DNA from: Camelus dromedarius
Lineage: Eukaryota
Direction of reading: 5' to 3'
Assembly (NCBI RefSeq): GCF_036321535.1
Contig: NC_087436.1
Location: 11,656,001 to 11,720,000 of the forward strand
DNA length: 64,000 bases
Shown here: positions 38,453 through 52,525 of the stretch, one piece after another
Numbering within the stretch: the first letter of the stretch is position 1
Layout of the letters: the number at the start of each line of letters is the position of its first letter
The notes under the pieces: generated by a model
Told to the model about the DNA's origin: nothing
What the model saw: only the letters and a program-made list of their open reading frames with translations
The model's database searches: none
Position numbers and translations under genes: made by a program

Positions 38453-39928
38453 ACAAGAACTTTTAAGATTACTCTCTTAGCAGCTTTCAAATTCCACAGT
38501 ACAGTACCATTAACTATAGTCTCCGTGCTGTCCATCACTTCCCCAGGACATACTCATCGTACAACTGGAAGTTCATACCTTTTAATCCCTTTACTCATTT
38601 CACCCACCTTAATCATTGTCGTAGGTTATCTTTTTTCTAAGTAGATTAATAGAAGAAGTTAATCTTGTTAATGTTATTATTTTTAAGAAAGCAAGAGAAC
38701 ATAATCATCGGATAAGAGCTCAAATAATAGATTATTTTTTACATTTCTATCTGTGTATGCTGTTGTCATTTTTATGGTGAGAGTATATTCATGTATCATT
38801 TGAGAAAATGAAATAGAATTTTGCTAGGGGCTGCAAAACTGCCCTCCCAAAGGGCCCGTCTTCACAATCCCAGCCCCACTAGGACCTGTCAGAGAGCTCT
38901 CCCTGCACCCAGCACCTTGCCAGCCCACATCACAGTCTTCTTCACTGGTGTCTGTCGGTAGTGGGGCAGGGAGCCTTCAGGCTTGAGGCTGCATGTCTGT
39001 GTGCTTGTTGACCAACAGGATTTTTTTTTTTGAATTACCTTTTTATATCATTTGCCTACTTTTCTGTTAGGTTATATGTTTTATAACCTGTTGGTCCACG
39101 TAAGCCTTGTTTGTTACATACATTGTAAATATTTTGTCTCCATCTTTCTGTGCTGCCCAGCACTGAAGGGAGACTACTCGGAATACGCGCGTACGTCACA
39201 CGCTTCCTTTCTGTTGAATGGGAGGCATTTGGTGGCAGATTATTTGTATTTCATGCCTTTTCAGATGCCTCATATCTTAGTTTTTCATTATTTTAAAATT
39301 ATTATATATACATTACATTTTTATTTGGGACTTTTTACTTCATCTGTGAAAGCAGAGTATGAAATTGTAGCAATTATTTCTAAATCACTAAGGCAGCAAA
39401 ATGAATGCTCTAGTCTTAGGCAGAGAAGTGGTAGATGGTGTCTCCTTCATTCTTTCCTTGCATTACTCTTTTCTTCCAGCCTAAGGGGAGGGAAGGATTG
39501 GGGTGATTCCAACAGGTACAATTGTGGATATCAGATTTTAGATGTGTAGAAATAAAGGAGAAAACACTAAAAGGAGTTGCTACACAGCTATGCTTAGGTT
39601 TAACCTTCTTAATGCTTGATACTAATTTCATATAATTTTTCCTAAAAGATATGTAGTGTATCTTTTAGTATTACATATCATTTAGTAGTAAATATATAGT
39701 ATTATGAGCATTACAAACTATGGTGAGAAAGGTCCTTTAAAACAGAAAAAGAAATAATTCTTGAAAATCTACATCTAAAGATTTCATTATTATAATCCCT
39801 CTCTTTCATCCCCTGATGGATAGTATTAATTTCTATACATCGTTTAAGTTTTTAATTTCTAAAAGTGGTTTCTAGACTATGTACCACTTTCTGTGAGTTT
39901 TTGTCTTTTGCAAACATGTCAGAAATAA

Positions 39929-40231
<303 letters not shown>

Positions 40232-40964
40232 ATACCCCATTTAAAGCTTCCTGAAGATACACATTTTCCTGAATTGAAGCTAGTAGCTAACATTGCTTCT
40301 GGGGAGCAGAAATAAACATGTGTCTTGGCCACTCAGCGATAAAAAGAACATTAACAACCTTTAATTATCTTCCTAGTGGGAACTTCTATATATTAAAGTA
40401 CAGTGTCCATGAGGAAGCTTTAAAGGCCATGTTGCTAACCTGACAAAAAGGATTTAAGTGATGGAAGGAGTATTAATCCATGTCTTTTCCCCCAGTGGTA
40501 CCATAGGCTGGAAGCTGAAGTTGATCTGTAAATCTTTTAAATACATAATGGCCATTTTAAGAACTCTTAGTAGTGGTGTTGGCTTCTTACTGAATTTTAA
40601 ACACTTTTTAGAATTTGCTTAAAGAGCAAATACCATGGGTTAAACCACACCGATCCAAATAGTGTGAGTGAGGCTGCGGAATCCGAAATAGCCAGCGCCA
40701 AGAACAGTCTGGGTGATTCTCTTTTTTGGAGAAATCCTTTTTGATTGCAATGTACTTCTGGTATCTCTAAATTAAGGCATTTCTGAATTGATGTAAGTGG
40801 AATATTTTAGTGTAAAGGTTTTCAGGTTACTTGAATTTTTAAAAAATTGAGCTTTCTTTCTGCTATTTACCCTTTCATTTTTGTATAGCAATTTTTCATT
40901 ATCCTTAAAGCTGTATCTGGAAACTTTGTGAACTGACTTGCTGTATTTGCACTTGGAGCTATTG

Positions 40965-40970
40965 AATAAA
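40965..40970 (+). terminator. MSMO1 probable polyadenylation signal
   Basis: AATAAA followed by GT/T-rich tract; other AATAAA at 40227, 40311 and 41179. Confidence 0.65.
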
Positions 40971-41467
40971 TGTGATCTTGTTTGATTATTTGGTTTCCGA
41001 CTTTGAGTATCAGTTGTCACCTTTTATTTTTATCAGGAAAAGTACAGAAATCACCAAATTATTAAGTTTAGTAATAAGAGGAATAGTTGTATCTTTTCAA
41101 GTGTTTTGTTTGCTAAACTTTTTTGGCAATTTCAACATGTATTTATCAGGCTACCTATTGTGGGAAATCTCTTGACCTAATAAAGTGGAGGGTATTGAAG
41201 CAGCTCTTTTCCTCCACTTAGAAAACATACAGACGGAAGAATAGAGCTAAACTTTTTAGGGCTGGTCTAATTTCAAGCATCTAGAGTCCAGCTTAAATCA
41301 AGAGTTGGTAATTCTGACTTTTTAATATGGTAGTACCAAACTGTTACGTTTTCAAATAAGGAGCCATTTTCTGGTAAATTTCTTTCTTTCTTTTTTTTTT
41401 TTTTAACTTCTACATTAAAGAGGTTCCAATTACAGCCGAGAGTATCTTGCTAGTCCATGCTTTCTTA

Positions 41468-41577
41468 TTAAAAATATTTTATTTATTTATTATTGTATTT
41501 TATTGGGAGGCAGGTAATTAGGTTTATTTATTTTTAAAGGAGGTACTGGGGACTGAACCCAGGGGATACCCTCCCGC
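41468..41577 (-). mobile_element. tRNA-Ala-like SINE with internal deletion
   Basis: ggggactgaacccagg joined almost directly to ataccctccc; degenerate TSD agtccatgctttctta / agaccatggtttctaa. Confidence 0.8.
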
Positions 41578-43746
41578 AGACCATGGTTTCTAACTTGTAC
41601 CTGCTTCTGTGGCCCTTTTCATTCTCCCTTTCCATCCCCCCCACCCCTATACTTCTGTGTGTGTGTGTGTTTAATAAATTTGTTTCCTCTTGAACCTCAA
41701 ACAGCAGTTTGGTAGCTGTACTTAAAATTGTGCTGTTTAGTCGTTGCTACCTGTGGGAGTTCTTTTATCATCTACCTTTCATCCCCTAATACTCCTAGAA
41801 CCTCACGGGCATCTGAACTAGCAGTGGAAGGTGATTCCATCCACGGCTTGGGGAGAGAGTGACACCTACTGTTGAAAATGATGCTAAACATTTTTAAACA
41901 ACTTGGTACATTCTAATTCTCTTTTCTTGCTGGTTATGTTTTACTGAGCACTAACTGTATGCCCTGACTTGTGCTTTTAATGCACGATCTCACTAATCTC
42001 TAGGGCAGATGCTCTTTTTCCCATTCATACATTAGGGAATTATCTGAGAGGTGAAGTTATTCCAGACCCATGGGGCCAGTCTTTTGACTTCAGAAGCGAT
42101 GGTTGTGGCCACTACATTCACACACTGCAGACTTGGATCTTCTAAGAAAATCTTAGGGGATTCTTCCCCAAATTCCCCCCTCATAAGACAGACACTTGAA
42201 AGAAAGTTCCAAGCTAACAGCCACCCAGAAAGTAGGAAGACTCATTCATGAGCTTTTGGTACAAATAGACTTTGATAAGATTTACTGGCCAGACTTCTTT
42301 TTAAATTATCTAAATTAAGTTATCTTAATTTGACAATGAGATAGACAAAAATGAATATGAAGATGAGCACAAAAACAGTACATAGATCTGCATGTACTTG
42401 AGAAAGTTACCAGATTCTTGGTTTCTTGGATTATCTATGTTGGATTTTGCTAAAGTAATAAGTTAAAAGCCTAAAGTTAATATTGTAATTTAAATGAATG
42501 GTAGAATATTCACAGAGTTAATGTCCACAATGTCATAATTAACTAGGATTTCCTTCTTTTGTATATAATCTAGCTAAAGACATTTAGACATTTGGAAAAG
42601 CTTGGGTCTGCAATATTTAAAGAAATTCTCGTACCAACTCCCGATTCCTCTGCTCTCATATAAAGCCTCGGGCTGTTAAATTCCCCCGAGCTGGAGAAAG
42701 ACGTTCAAGGTTCAAGGTGCACGAAGGGTTGTACATTTATCTCTGAGGATTTAGCTCCTAATCATTCTTCAAAAAGACTGGAATCTTTCAGCCAATATTC
42801 AGAAGAGTGATGCGCGCCCTTGGCCAAATGGATGCTCTGACAGGTGACTGTCAGATGCTGACATTCTTCCATAAAATCACCAGAGGACCGCGGTAAAACG
42901 TCCACGGCATGCTTAGAGTACCGTTGTGTTCCAGACATTGAGAGGAAGAGGATGAGGATGTGAGAGCGTAGAGCCCACTACTTCAAGTACTACCTTCAAA
43001 CTGTTGGGAAAAGAAGCAGAACTCGGGGTGGAGGGGTGGGGTGAGGATGGGTGCAGGCTCATTGCGCACTGAGACCTGGAGCCCCGGGCACCCTCCCCAG
43101 GATCTCCGCTCTCTGGAGACTGAACCCCGCACCGGGCGGGACAGGGCGGAGATGCAGCGGCTGCAACTGCAGGCTTTGCCCTTTTGCTCCCGGAACTGGT
43201 CCACGTCCTCGAAAGCCTTATTCCCCTCCTGTCCCTCTCACCTATCTCCTCATCTGTGAAATGAGGATAATAAAATTTCATAGGGAGATTGTGATGATTA
43301 AGATGCTCCAAGTGAAGTATGTGCTACTATGTTCGCTATTCTGTTAAACATTCCCACCTTCCTCTAACGAACCAGCTCTAGCCTCCCCTACCACCCCCAC
43401 CTTTCTTCCCGAGGTCTTACTCCCGCTTCAGGTGACAGCAATCTCTCACCACCCTCCCTCGCTCCCAGTTTGTATCCCTCACTTCTCTCGCTCCTCAGAC
43501 ATGCTGCCTTTTTGAATCCAAAAATTTCTGTTTTGCACTGTGTGCTTTCACTCTTCTGTACCTTTGCTTCTGCTAATCTCTCAGCCTGACACACGCGCAG
43601 TGAGGGTTAGTAATATGGCCACAGTCACGCAGGTCATGAGTGGAGAGCTGGGACTTAGCTGTATAGTCACCCCTGTAGCCTCTGTACAGCTGGTGCAATG
43701 CCTTGCAAGTGGTAGGAGTTCATGAAGTGAGTATGGGGGGGGGGCA

Positions 43747-43902
43747 GGGGAGGGTGCAGCTCAAGCAGTAGGGCGCATGCTTGGCATGCACAAGGTCCTG
43801 GGTTCAAACCCCAGTACCTCCTCTAAAAATAAACAAACCAACAAACCAACCTAATTTCCTTCTCCCACCAAAAGAAAGTCAATATAATTTAGAAAAAAAA
43901 AA
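43747..43902 (+). mobile_element. tRNA-Ala-like SINE
   Basis: ggggagggtgcagctcaagcagtag...gggttcaaaccccagtacctcc followed by A-rich tail. Confidence 0.85.
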
Positions 43903-46199
43903 GTATCGATTTTAAAAAGGGGAGAATATTGTAATAGCATCTTAACGTAGGGTTTGGCAATTACACTGCTATTTAAACAATCAACTCAGAAAGTTTTAAG
44001 TAAGAACAGCGAAGCCGGCGTGGGGGCTGCCTGGTCAGCTGAAGTCTGACTGCTCGCTAATAAGGTCGGATTCCATGGGTGCAGATTCTCATGGAATATG
44101 TTCCCTGATACGTTCTTGTTGTGAACAAATTACAGATTCAGAGGGCATGTGTGTGTATTTAACTTGACAAAAGACTGTGTCTACCTAGTAAAGAAAATCT
44201 AAAGTTGTTTAGTCTTTTGGCCGATTTGAGCCACACTTCTTGTATTCCATGAAGAGTCTCTGAGCTTTCTTTTGCTAGAAAATAATTCATCTGCTAATGA
44301 TAGAAAAAGGTAAAGAGGAAGCCGTAGGAATAAGGGCCACTCTTCAGGGGTGGGTGACGCACCGTTAACATGTTAGGGGGGCTTCAGAACCCCTCAGCAC
44401 CTGCCCTTCAAGGGAAAGCCGTCTTCATGTTGGAAAAGCAAGCACATTAGCCGGCTAACCAGGAGCTGAATCCCAGTGTGGAGGCGGAGACTTTCGTCAA
44501 GGGCGGAACAGCTTTAAATGACATGAAGTTTCCAAGTTCAAAGGAGTTACACTTCTCTGGAGGAAGAGGATTTGCAAATGTGATTCTGAGGCCGTGTTAG
44601 ATGATTGGTCTTTTCAGACTTTGTGTATTTCTGGAGGTTGGGTTCAGCTTCTCCAGAGAAGAATCTTCTGATCTCTGTCTGGGGAAAAATAGGCCCAGAT
44701 GCCATCATTCTGGGAATCAGGTCTGAACAGGGGATCTGGGGGTCCCTGAGTTCAGGGGGTGCCCGGTCACAAAATCCCTCTGTTCTCAGCCTCATGCCCA
44801 CCTCGCTCAAGGCCTCCCCAGTATCCCAGAGTCCTGAGCCTCTTGTTCAATTTCTATTCAGTTTCTCCAGAGAAACCCCTGGGGAGGGGTGACCATGCAG
44901 AGCTGGGGACGGGGCCTTTGTGAACAGAGTTCAGACTAAAGACTGCAATGCTGGTTGTCAGTATTTTGCAAAAACTGTTAGAAAGTTTTCATTGAAATAT
45001 ACAAACAGAAACAACCAAATGTCCAAAATAAAGGATGTAATAAATATACAGTGAAAAAAAAAAAAAAGAAATACACAAACAAAAGCCCACAGCTTGCTGA
45101 ATGATCACATCCACACAGTCAATATCCAGATCAAGAACTTGACTACCTCCTTCATCACTTCTGATGAGGAACAGAATTAGATTCTTACCTGGTTGAACAA
45201 CCGAATACAAAGTATCTTGACTAATGAGAGTTTCCAGTGTCCTGACAGGAGGCTTTGACTGTGGCCTTGTCCTGTGAAACACATGTCTCATCGACTTAGA
45301 TAATGCCATCAAAGGCAGACTTAATACACTTATGATTAAAGCAAAGGAAAAAAAAAAAAGAAAGCTAACACTTTGTCCTACAGGACAGAGTCAAGATCCA
45401 ATCTTTTTTTTTTTTTTTTTTGCCTTCATTTAAAGTTCAGCTGTACAAATGGAAGTTGAAAGCTACAGACCTGGATTAATAGAAATCTATTTCTGAAAAC
45501 CTTAAGAATTTTAGTAGATGACAAGTACTGACTTACCCTCAAATTAAGACAGTCTTAAATGGAATTACTGGCAAGTCCAAACTGCAGAGATGGTGATCGG
45601 TCGTCTCACCGGAGTGCTTGCTTGGCTGCACGTGGAAATGTACCATGTTTACTGTGGCACATTTTGACTGATACTCAAAAGAGTAACCAGGAGTGGCTTA
45701 AGGCCTGACAATAGTGACACAAAAATCTTTTAAGGGAATATAGAAACCTAGTCTAGAGCAGCTCTATCAAGTATGGGAGGGACTGGCAGCATGTGGCTAC
45801 TGACACACTTGACAACGTAGGCCACAGGGCATTTTCATCAGTACAGAGGCTCTTTTGGAAAGCGCTGGTTGGTGACGAGAGGACTAGATAGAAACATCAA
45901 AGTTGCCTTCAAATATCCAAAATGGTTTTGTGTAAAAGCAGACAAGGCGGTCTCTACTGCCCCAGAGGGAAGAACTTTACTTGGAAATAGAGCTGTAGGA
46001 GTTGTTTTTTTAATAGCTCAAACTTTGGAAGAATTTTCTAACCGTTGGAGCTTGTGACCTGCTCCTTCACTGATGGTTTAGGCAGCAGCTTTGGGATCCT
46101 TCGTCAGTGTGTAGCAGAGACCATCCCTGGATGAGGGGGCGTTTGAACGGAGTTATCTCCAGTGACGCCTCCAGCCCTGCCAATGGTCCTAATGGAGAT

Positions 46200-46671
46200 T
46201 TTTTTTTTAGTTGTACAGTCAATTTACAATGTTGTATCAATTTCTGGTGTACAGCATAATGGTTCAGTCATACATATACATGCATATATTTGTTTTCATA
46301 TTCTTTTTCATTATAGGTTACAAGATATTGAATATAGTTCCCCCTGAGCTATACACTATAAACTTGTTGTTTATCTATTTTATATATAGTATATATACAC
46401 TGCAAATCTCAAAATCCCAATTTATTCCTTCCCACATTCTTTAGCCCTCCCCACCCTGGGTAACCATAAGTTTGTTTTCTGTGTCTGTGAGTCTGTTTTG
46501 TAATAAGTTTACTTGTCTTTTTTTTTTTTTTAGATTCCACATATGAGTGATATCATATGGTCTTTTTCTTTCTCAGTGTGACTTACTTCACTTAGAATGA
46601 CAATCTCGAGGTCCATCCATGTTGTTGGAAATGGCATTATTTCATTCTTTTTTATGGCTGAGTAGTATTCG
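46200..46671 (-). mobile_element. LINE-1 3' end (5'-truncated)
   Basis: Poly-T plus L1 3'UTR text similar to 30090-30510; TSD ctaatggagat 46189-46199 / ctagtggagat 46672-46682. Confidence 0.85.
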
Positions 46672-47384
46672 CTAGTGGAGATATTTTAATGTGTTGTTAC
46701 AACCATTTTTCAAACAGCTTACAAGGTTTTGTCTCAATTGACTCAACTTGTACTGCTCCAGCCAGGCCCACACTGAGCTGCTTCAGTCCCTACAGAGAAC
46801 CCTGCTCTCTCTTGTCATTTTTATTTTCTCTTCCTGATGCCTGGAACAATCTTTCTTCTCCAAGAACTTCCGTCCTCTTCTCCTGGCTAACTCCCACGCG
46901 TTCTCCTGTCTTAGATCAGACATCCCTCCAGTGATGATTTTCTCACCTCTTCTCTCCAAGTCCGACACAGGAACGTCTCTGAAGTTATCTCTTGACTCTG
47001 TTCTCCCCCTATCACGGCCCTCAGCCCACTGGGCTGTAAAGGCCAATTTACTTGCCTGCATGCCCAGTGAACTGGGAACTCCTCAAGGACTGTCGTGGTG
47101 GTGACCTTACTCACAGTGCCTCCATGGCTCCTACAGAGTGTCTGGGGTTAAGAAAGGCTAAATAAAATGAAAACGTGACTATTTTGGACTGAAACCAGAA
47201 TAGGTATGCAAAAATGCCTACAAGAAAAGTGATTTCAATGTAAATATTAAGTGTATGAATGTTAAATCATTTTTGACCAAAATCAGAATATGTACAGGTA
47301 CCCGGAGTTTTCAAGAAAGTGAAAACACTGGCAGTGACCTAGTAGAGAGAAAACAGTGCCTGTTTAACACTCAGTTAACACACA

Positions 47385-47890
47385 TTCTATGAGACCAGTA
47401 CTATGCTGATACCAAAACCAGACAATAACAGCACAAGAAAGGAAAACTACAAACCAATATCCCTTATACATATGGATGCAAAAATCACAAGAAAATACTA
47501 GCAAACCAAATCCAGTGACATATAAAAAGAATTATATACCATCAAATTGGACTTATCCCAGAAGTGTAAGATTAGCTTAACATCCCCAAATCAATAAGCA
47601 CCATATTAATAGAATAAAAGAATAAAAACCATGTGATCATCTCAATAGGGAGAGAAAAAAGCATTTGACAAAAATCCAACACTATCATGATGAAAACACT
47701 CAACAAACTAGCAATAGAAGAGGACCACTTCAACCTGATAAGGACACGGACCACAAACCCACAGCTGACACACCTAGCGGTGAGACACTGATGGCTCAGA
47801 TCAGGAGCCCAGCAAGGATGTCCTTTCTTACCACTTCATTTGATCATAGTAATGGAGATTCTAGACAGGCTAATTAAGCAAGAAAAATAA
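47385..47890 (+). mobile_element. Old LINE-1 ORF2 (RT) fragment
   Basis: ctgataccaaaaccagac...ccaatatccctt...gcatttgacaaaatccaaca; degraded L1 RT motifs. Confidence 0.8.
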
Positions 47891-48674
47891 ACCTAGTTAT
47901 TGAATATTTATTGTGTACTATTTTCAAAGTGTTTACAATCCTCAACAAGTCACTTCTTAAGTCTGTGTTTTCCCCAGACTTAAATTCTGCTAAATCCCGA
48001 TTGAAATGGACTCTCGTGCATGAGGGGAACACCCTCATTGCTGGGCAAGGCCATCTTGGGTCTCTACACTGGAGGCTAAGCTCTGAGCTCCTGTCTGGCG
48101 GGAACTATATGTTAATCAATTTTGTATTCCTTACCGACCACATTCCACCAAGTAATTACCAAGTACCTGGTTCTAAATAAAAGTGACTGAATTAGTGCAT
48201 TTAGGACTACAGTACTGGAAATAATGCTGTGCTTCTCTGCTGTCTTGATGTCATCACTTCCTGTTCGTATAAACTTGTACTAATTATTTAACCTCTCTAA
48301 ACCTCAGTCTTCTTATGTGTGAAATGTAGTAGGATGTGGAAGAGTAACGCCAATAACTGGTAGAGTGCCTGTCTCAAGGATTTTAGGTATTAAGGCTATG
48401 AGAAATGATATTCTTCTTTTAGAGGTTAAATTGGTTATTTCCCTGAGATCTTTACAGTTTAAAAGGCATAAAGTTCTTGTGGACTTAAAATGTTAGGACA
48501 TGCCTCATTTTTCAACAAATATTTATTGACTCTCTTTTAGGGTTAGACTCCAGTGGTAGCAGCCTCCCCTTAAGGTGTGCAGGTCCTCAAGGGGAAAGAA
48601 GCAACAACTTGTGAGAGTGTGACGAAGGAAAGGAGCCTAAAGATGTGACAAGTGATAGCTGGGGTGCCTGGGAG

Positions 48675-48840
48675 ACCAGGGAGGGAGAGAAGCTGGGAGA
48701 GATGAGAAGGGGAGGGAGATGAGAGAGAGGAGGTGGGGAGGAAGAGGAGGTGGGGGAAGAAGACTGAACAGATGAGATGGGGGATGGGGTGGGGGACGGA
48801 GAGGAGATGAGGAGATGGGAAACAGGAGGTGGGGGAGGGA
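48675..48840 (+). repeat. Purine-rich (G/A) low-complexity tract
   Basis: Repeated gaggtggggg / gagatgag motifs. Confidence 0.8.
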
Positions 48841-51800
48841 CGTGCTGTGCAGCTGTGTTATGTTTGGAGTTACCACTGTAGATTCCTGAGCAAGTTAACT
48901 CTCATCATAAATAAGGATCTTATTTACTTACAAGGTTGATTAATTTATATGTTTTTAAAATTTATGCGATGGCCAGCACCTCATAGCCCAAGAAAAACCA
49001 GACATCCACTGTGATATTTGCCTGATGAGAGCACGGCATTTGATTTTTATTTTGGTAACATCATTCCCAAATGTGGGTATATAATGTTGGTAGAAAAATT
49101 AAGGCCTATAAAATAACACCACTACCACATTTTATGGTTGTTAAAGACTTATCACATTTTATTGTTGGTAAAGGCACAGAAACAATTTCTTCAGAGCCAG
49201 AGAGCTGAACACTGAAATTCAATTTACTCTTGGCTCCGAGTAACATGTTAAGACTCTAGATTTATAGCATGCTTTCCTAAAATACAATCAGCTCAGATCC
49301 AAAAGATTAAAGAAGCATTTCTAAAATAGATCTTTGAATTAATACTATTTCTCTTTGACCCCATGGATCCTTGCTTTGGAATTTATCCTCCATGAAATCA
49401 AGTGGCATGTCTGTAAACTGTGTGTAATGAAATAAGGTCATTGTGAAAGTCACGTTGGGAAATGCAGGGGAAATACTTTGTACATGTTATGGTCTTGATT
49501 TGTTGTTATGCTATGGAGCATCATGAAAAAGATAGTGACTCCTCAGTTTGATTTAGGACTGCTCTTCCAGGAGGAAGGCGCATCTCCCACACGTATCACT
49601 CCAAAGCAGATGAAGTTCATCAAGTTCCTCAGACCCTTGACTAGGGATGTTACCAGATTTTCAACTGACTTGCTTTGTTTGCTTTTTTTCTTCCCCTCTT
49701 ATTTTCCCCTCCTCTCCCTCCTCTCTCTCTTCTACTGTTTCTCTCTCTCTCTTGCTCAGTCTCCACCCTCCTGTTCTTCCTGTTTTGCACAAACTCCAAC
49801 TAAGTTCTCAGCTAGACTCTATCCCTTTCACCATGGGATTCCCTTGAGAGAGACAATACAGAAAGAGACAGTCTCATCCATGAGAAGGCATGACGGGCCG
49901 ACAGGACCTCGGGCAGCAACCCCTGTAGACTCCAGGCCCCTCACGTCCTGGTAGTGGAGTGGACTGCAGTCTGCCCCACTCTCCCTCTCTGGATGCAGAC
50001 CCCTGGGAGAAACCAGGCAACCAAGTGGGGAGCACACCGAACCGTCTTCTTCATTAACTTGGAGCAAGAATCCACATGTAAGTAACTTTTCAACAAAAAG
50101 GTCAACACCAGTCTTGTGCTTGGAGCATCAGAGAATCCCAATTTAACTTCAAAGACTTTGATCAGCCAACACTTAGGTGCACAACAGCCGTGATTATGTG
50201 ATGGTACCGTGTCAGAGTCATAGTTGCCCGTGAATTGTATCTGAACATCCACTTGATGAATATGCTGTGTGTTTTTCTTTTTTTTTTTTTCACAAATAAT
50301 GGTATGACTGACCGCTCACCCACCTGCAGGCTGATGTAAGCTGTCAGTCCTTCAGAGGAGTTGGGTTTGTTGTCATTCACAAAGCTTCTTTGAAATTAAG
50401 GGTGCAGTCCTGGTGATAAGGAAGAGATTTGCTTGTTTTTCCTCTCTGTACAGGAGTGATCCGTCAGCCTCAGTTTCAACCTCATTGGCACCTTGGTCAG
50501 TCCATCTCGAAGCAGAGGCTTCCAAAATGTTGGTCAAGCCCAGAGACACTTTAACACATATGTGTGGACACAACATATGTTTATGTACATTTACAATTTT
50601 GAGCTTGCAGGGAAGTGGGCAACTTTCACAAATAAGAGCCTGTTTCATTTTGACTTCTTGTACGTTATATAAAACAAAGCTGCGAACAGCTTTCTTTCTT
50701 GGACATTTGAGATTTTTAAAAGGTTCAAAGACATTACGGATTGAAGAGTAACGCAGCGGATGAGCACGGTTATCGTTCATCGCGAGGGATTTCAGTACTT
50801 CTTTGTGCACCTACATAATGCTTACCTTTCCCGAGGCCCAGGAAGTTCACGTCCTACGAAGTTGTCATGCGTTGTTTGTGTCAATGACCTTCCAGCAGCT
50901 GCAGAGAAACCCAGTCGTTCTTCCAGGTGTTCATCTGATGGAAATTGGCAATTTGATTTCCATCTCTGTAATTTGTTTTCCAAAGGGAAGGACATAAGAA
51001 AAAAACTCCACTTTTCTCTTCTGAATATTGTATTTGTGATGTTGTAGATTTATACAAACAATTATAACATAGACAGCAATAGGAATGACACTGAATAACT
51101 ACACAGATAAAACGAGAAAACTGGCAAATGACTTGTCACATGCAAGCAACTTGGTAAATGTGGCTGATGAGTCAAGAGGAGGCTGGAGGCATCCTCCCCC
51201 CACCCCGAGGACAGGGTCCTGCGGAGAACGTAGGAACCCAGGAGCTTGCTGAGTGCACAGAACATTAAAGGCGTGGGCATAAGTCTGAGCCGAAGTTAGA
51301 AGGGAGTTGGCCGCAGATGGAGTAGTTAGTTCACTCACCCTCCAGCATCCTGAGGCCCTGCGGCCGTGACTCACTGTGCTGGGCCCCGGAGGCCAACACG
51401 CAAGTCAGGCCAGTCTCGGCTCCCAGCGGGAGGCAGTGGACACAGGACTCCGAATCCTGGGAGCTGCAAACGGAGCAGAGAGGTGATACTTGACACCAAG
51501 AGCTTGGATGAGGTCACCCGCACAGAGCACGTGAAGAGGGAGCCAGGCAAGCTCGGCGGATGTTGTCTGGTTGGCTGGGGAGAACCCACAGAGCAGAAGT
51601 TGAGTGGGAGAGGGAATGAGAAAATTGTGAGAAAGCTGGATCATAACTAACGGGGTCAGTTTTTCAGGTTTTTTCCAGGAGACAGAAGAGGATGGACCAA
51701 AGGGAAATTCAAAGAGAGATAGGAGCTGGCAGTTCAGGAGGAAGGAAGCCTGCCTGGTGGGGGAGTGGGGACAGGAGGGGGTCTGGGGATTAAGGCTGGC

Positions 51801-52214
51801 CTTGGGAGGAGGAAGGACAGCCCAGGGTAAGGATGGGGGAGATACAGCTGTGTCGTGGTTTGGGGGGGGGTGCGGGATGAGAAAGAAGATGTGGTAGTGA
51901 GAGAGGCGGAAGGAGACACGGGAGGGAGGTTTCCTAGGGCTCTCTAATGAGCATCGCTGAGGAAGAGGCTCACAGCTTTCCTTTGATCCTCTGAGTGAAG
52001 TACATGACAGGATGGCAGATGACGGAATCGAGGTGAATGACGTAATCAAGGTGAGGTGAATGACGGAGGTGCTTTTGGCAGCAAGATTAGAAACTAAGAT
52101 TTATCAGCATCTCCAGGGGAGGATGCTACCATAGCCTGGACCAAGGCATTAACTGTTAGGATAAAGCAGAAGGAAGGATTTCAGAAGGTAGGAATGTAAG
52201 AATGGCCAGATGTC

Positions 52215-52525
52215 TCAGTTGTCCAATACAGCCGTCACTAGCCACTTGTGGCCTGTGAGCTCTTGAAGTGTGTCTGATCTGAATTGTGCTGACAGGCTGT
52301 GATGTAAACTACACAACAGATTTTGAAGACAGCATGAAAAATTATTTCATTAATGCATTTATATTGTTAACACACTGAAATGATAACATTTGGGATACAC
52401 TGAGTTAACATTTTCTTATTAAAATTAATCTCACCTCTTCCTTTTTACTTTATTTAGACGTGGCTTCTAGTAGCCACGTCTAATAACATCTAGCTCATGT
52501 TATATTTTTGTTGGGCAGGGCTGCT
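52215..52525. mobile_element. MER33/MER3-like hAT MITE
   Basis: gttgtccaata...cactagccacttgtggc; resembles the reverse complement of 29662-29977. Confidence 0.6.

Noticed and set aside
39052..39549. 165-aa intronic ORF and the many other 60-210 aa ORFs in the track
   Set aside because: Mostly non-ATG starts, repeat-derived or compositionally random, with no splice-consistent structure or known motifs.
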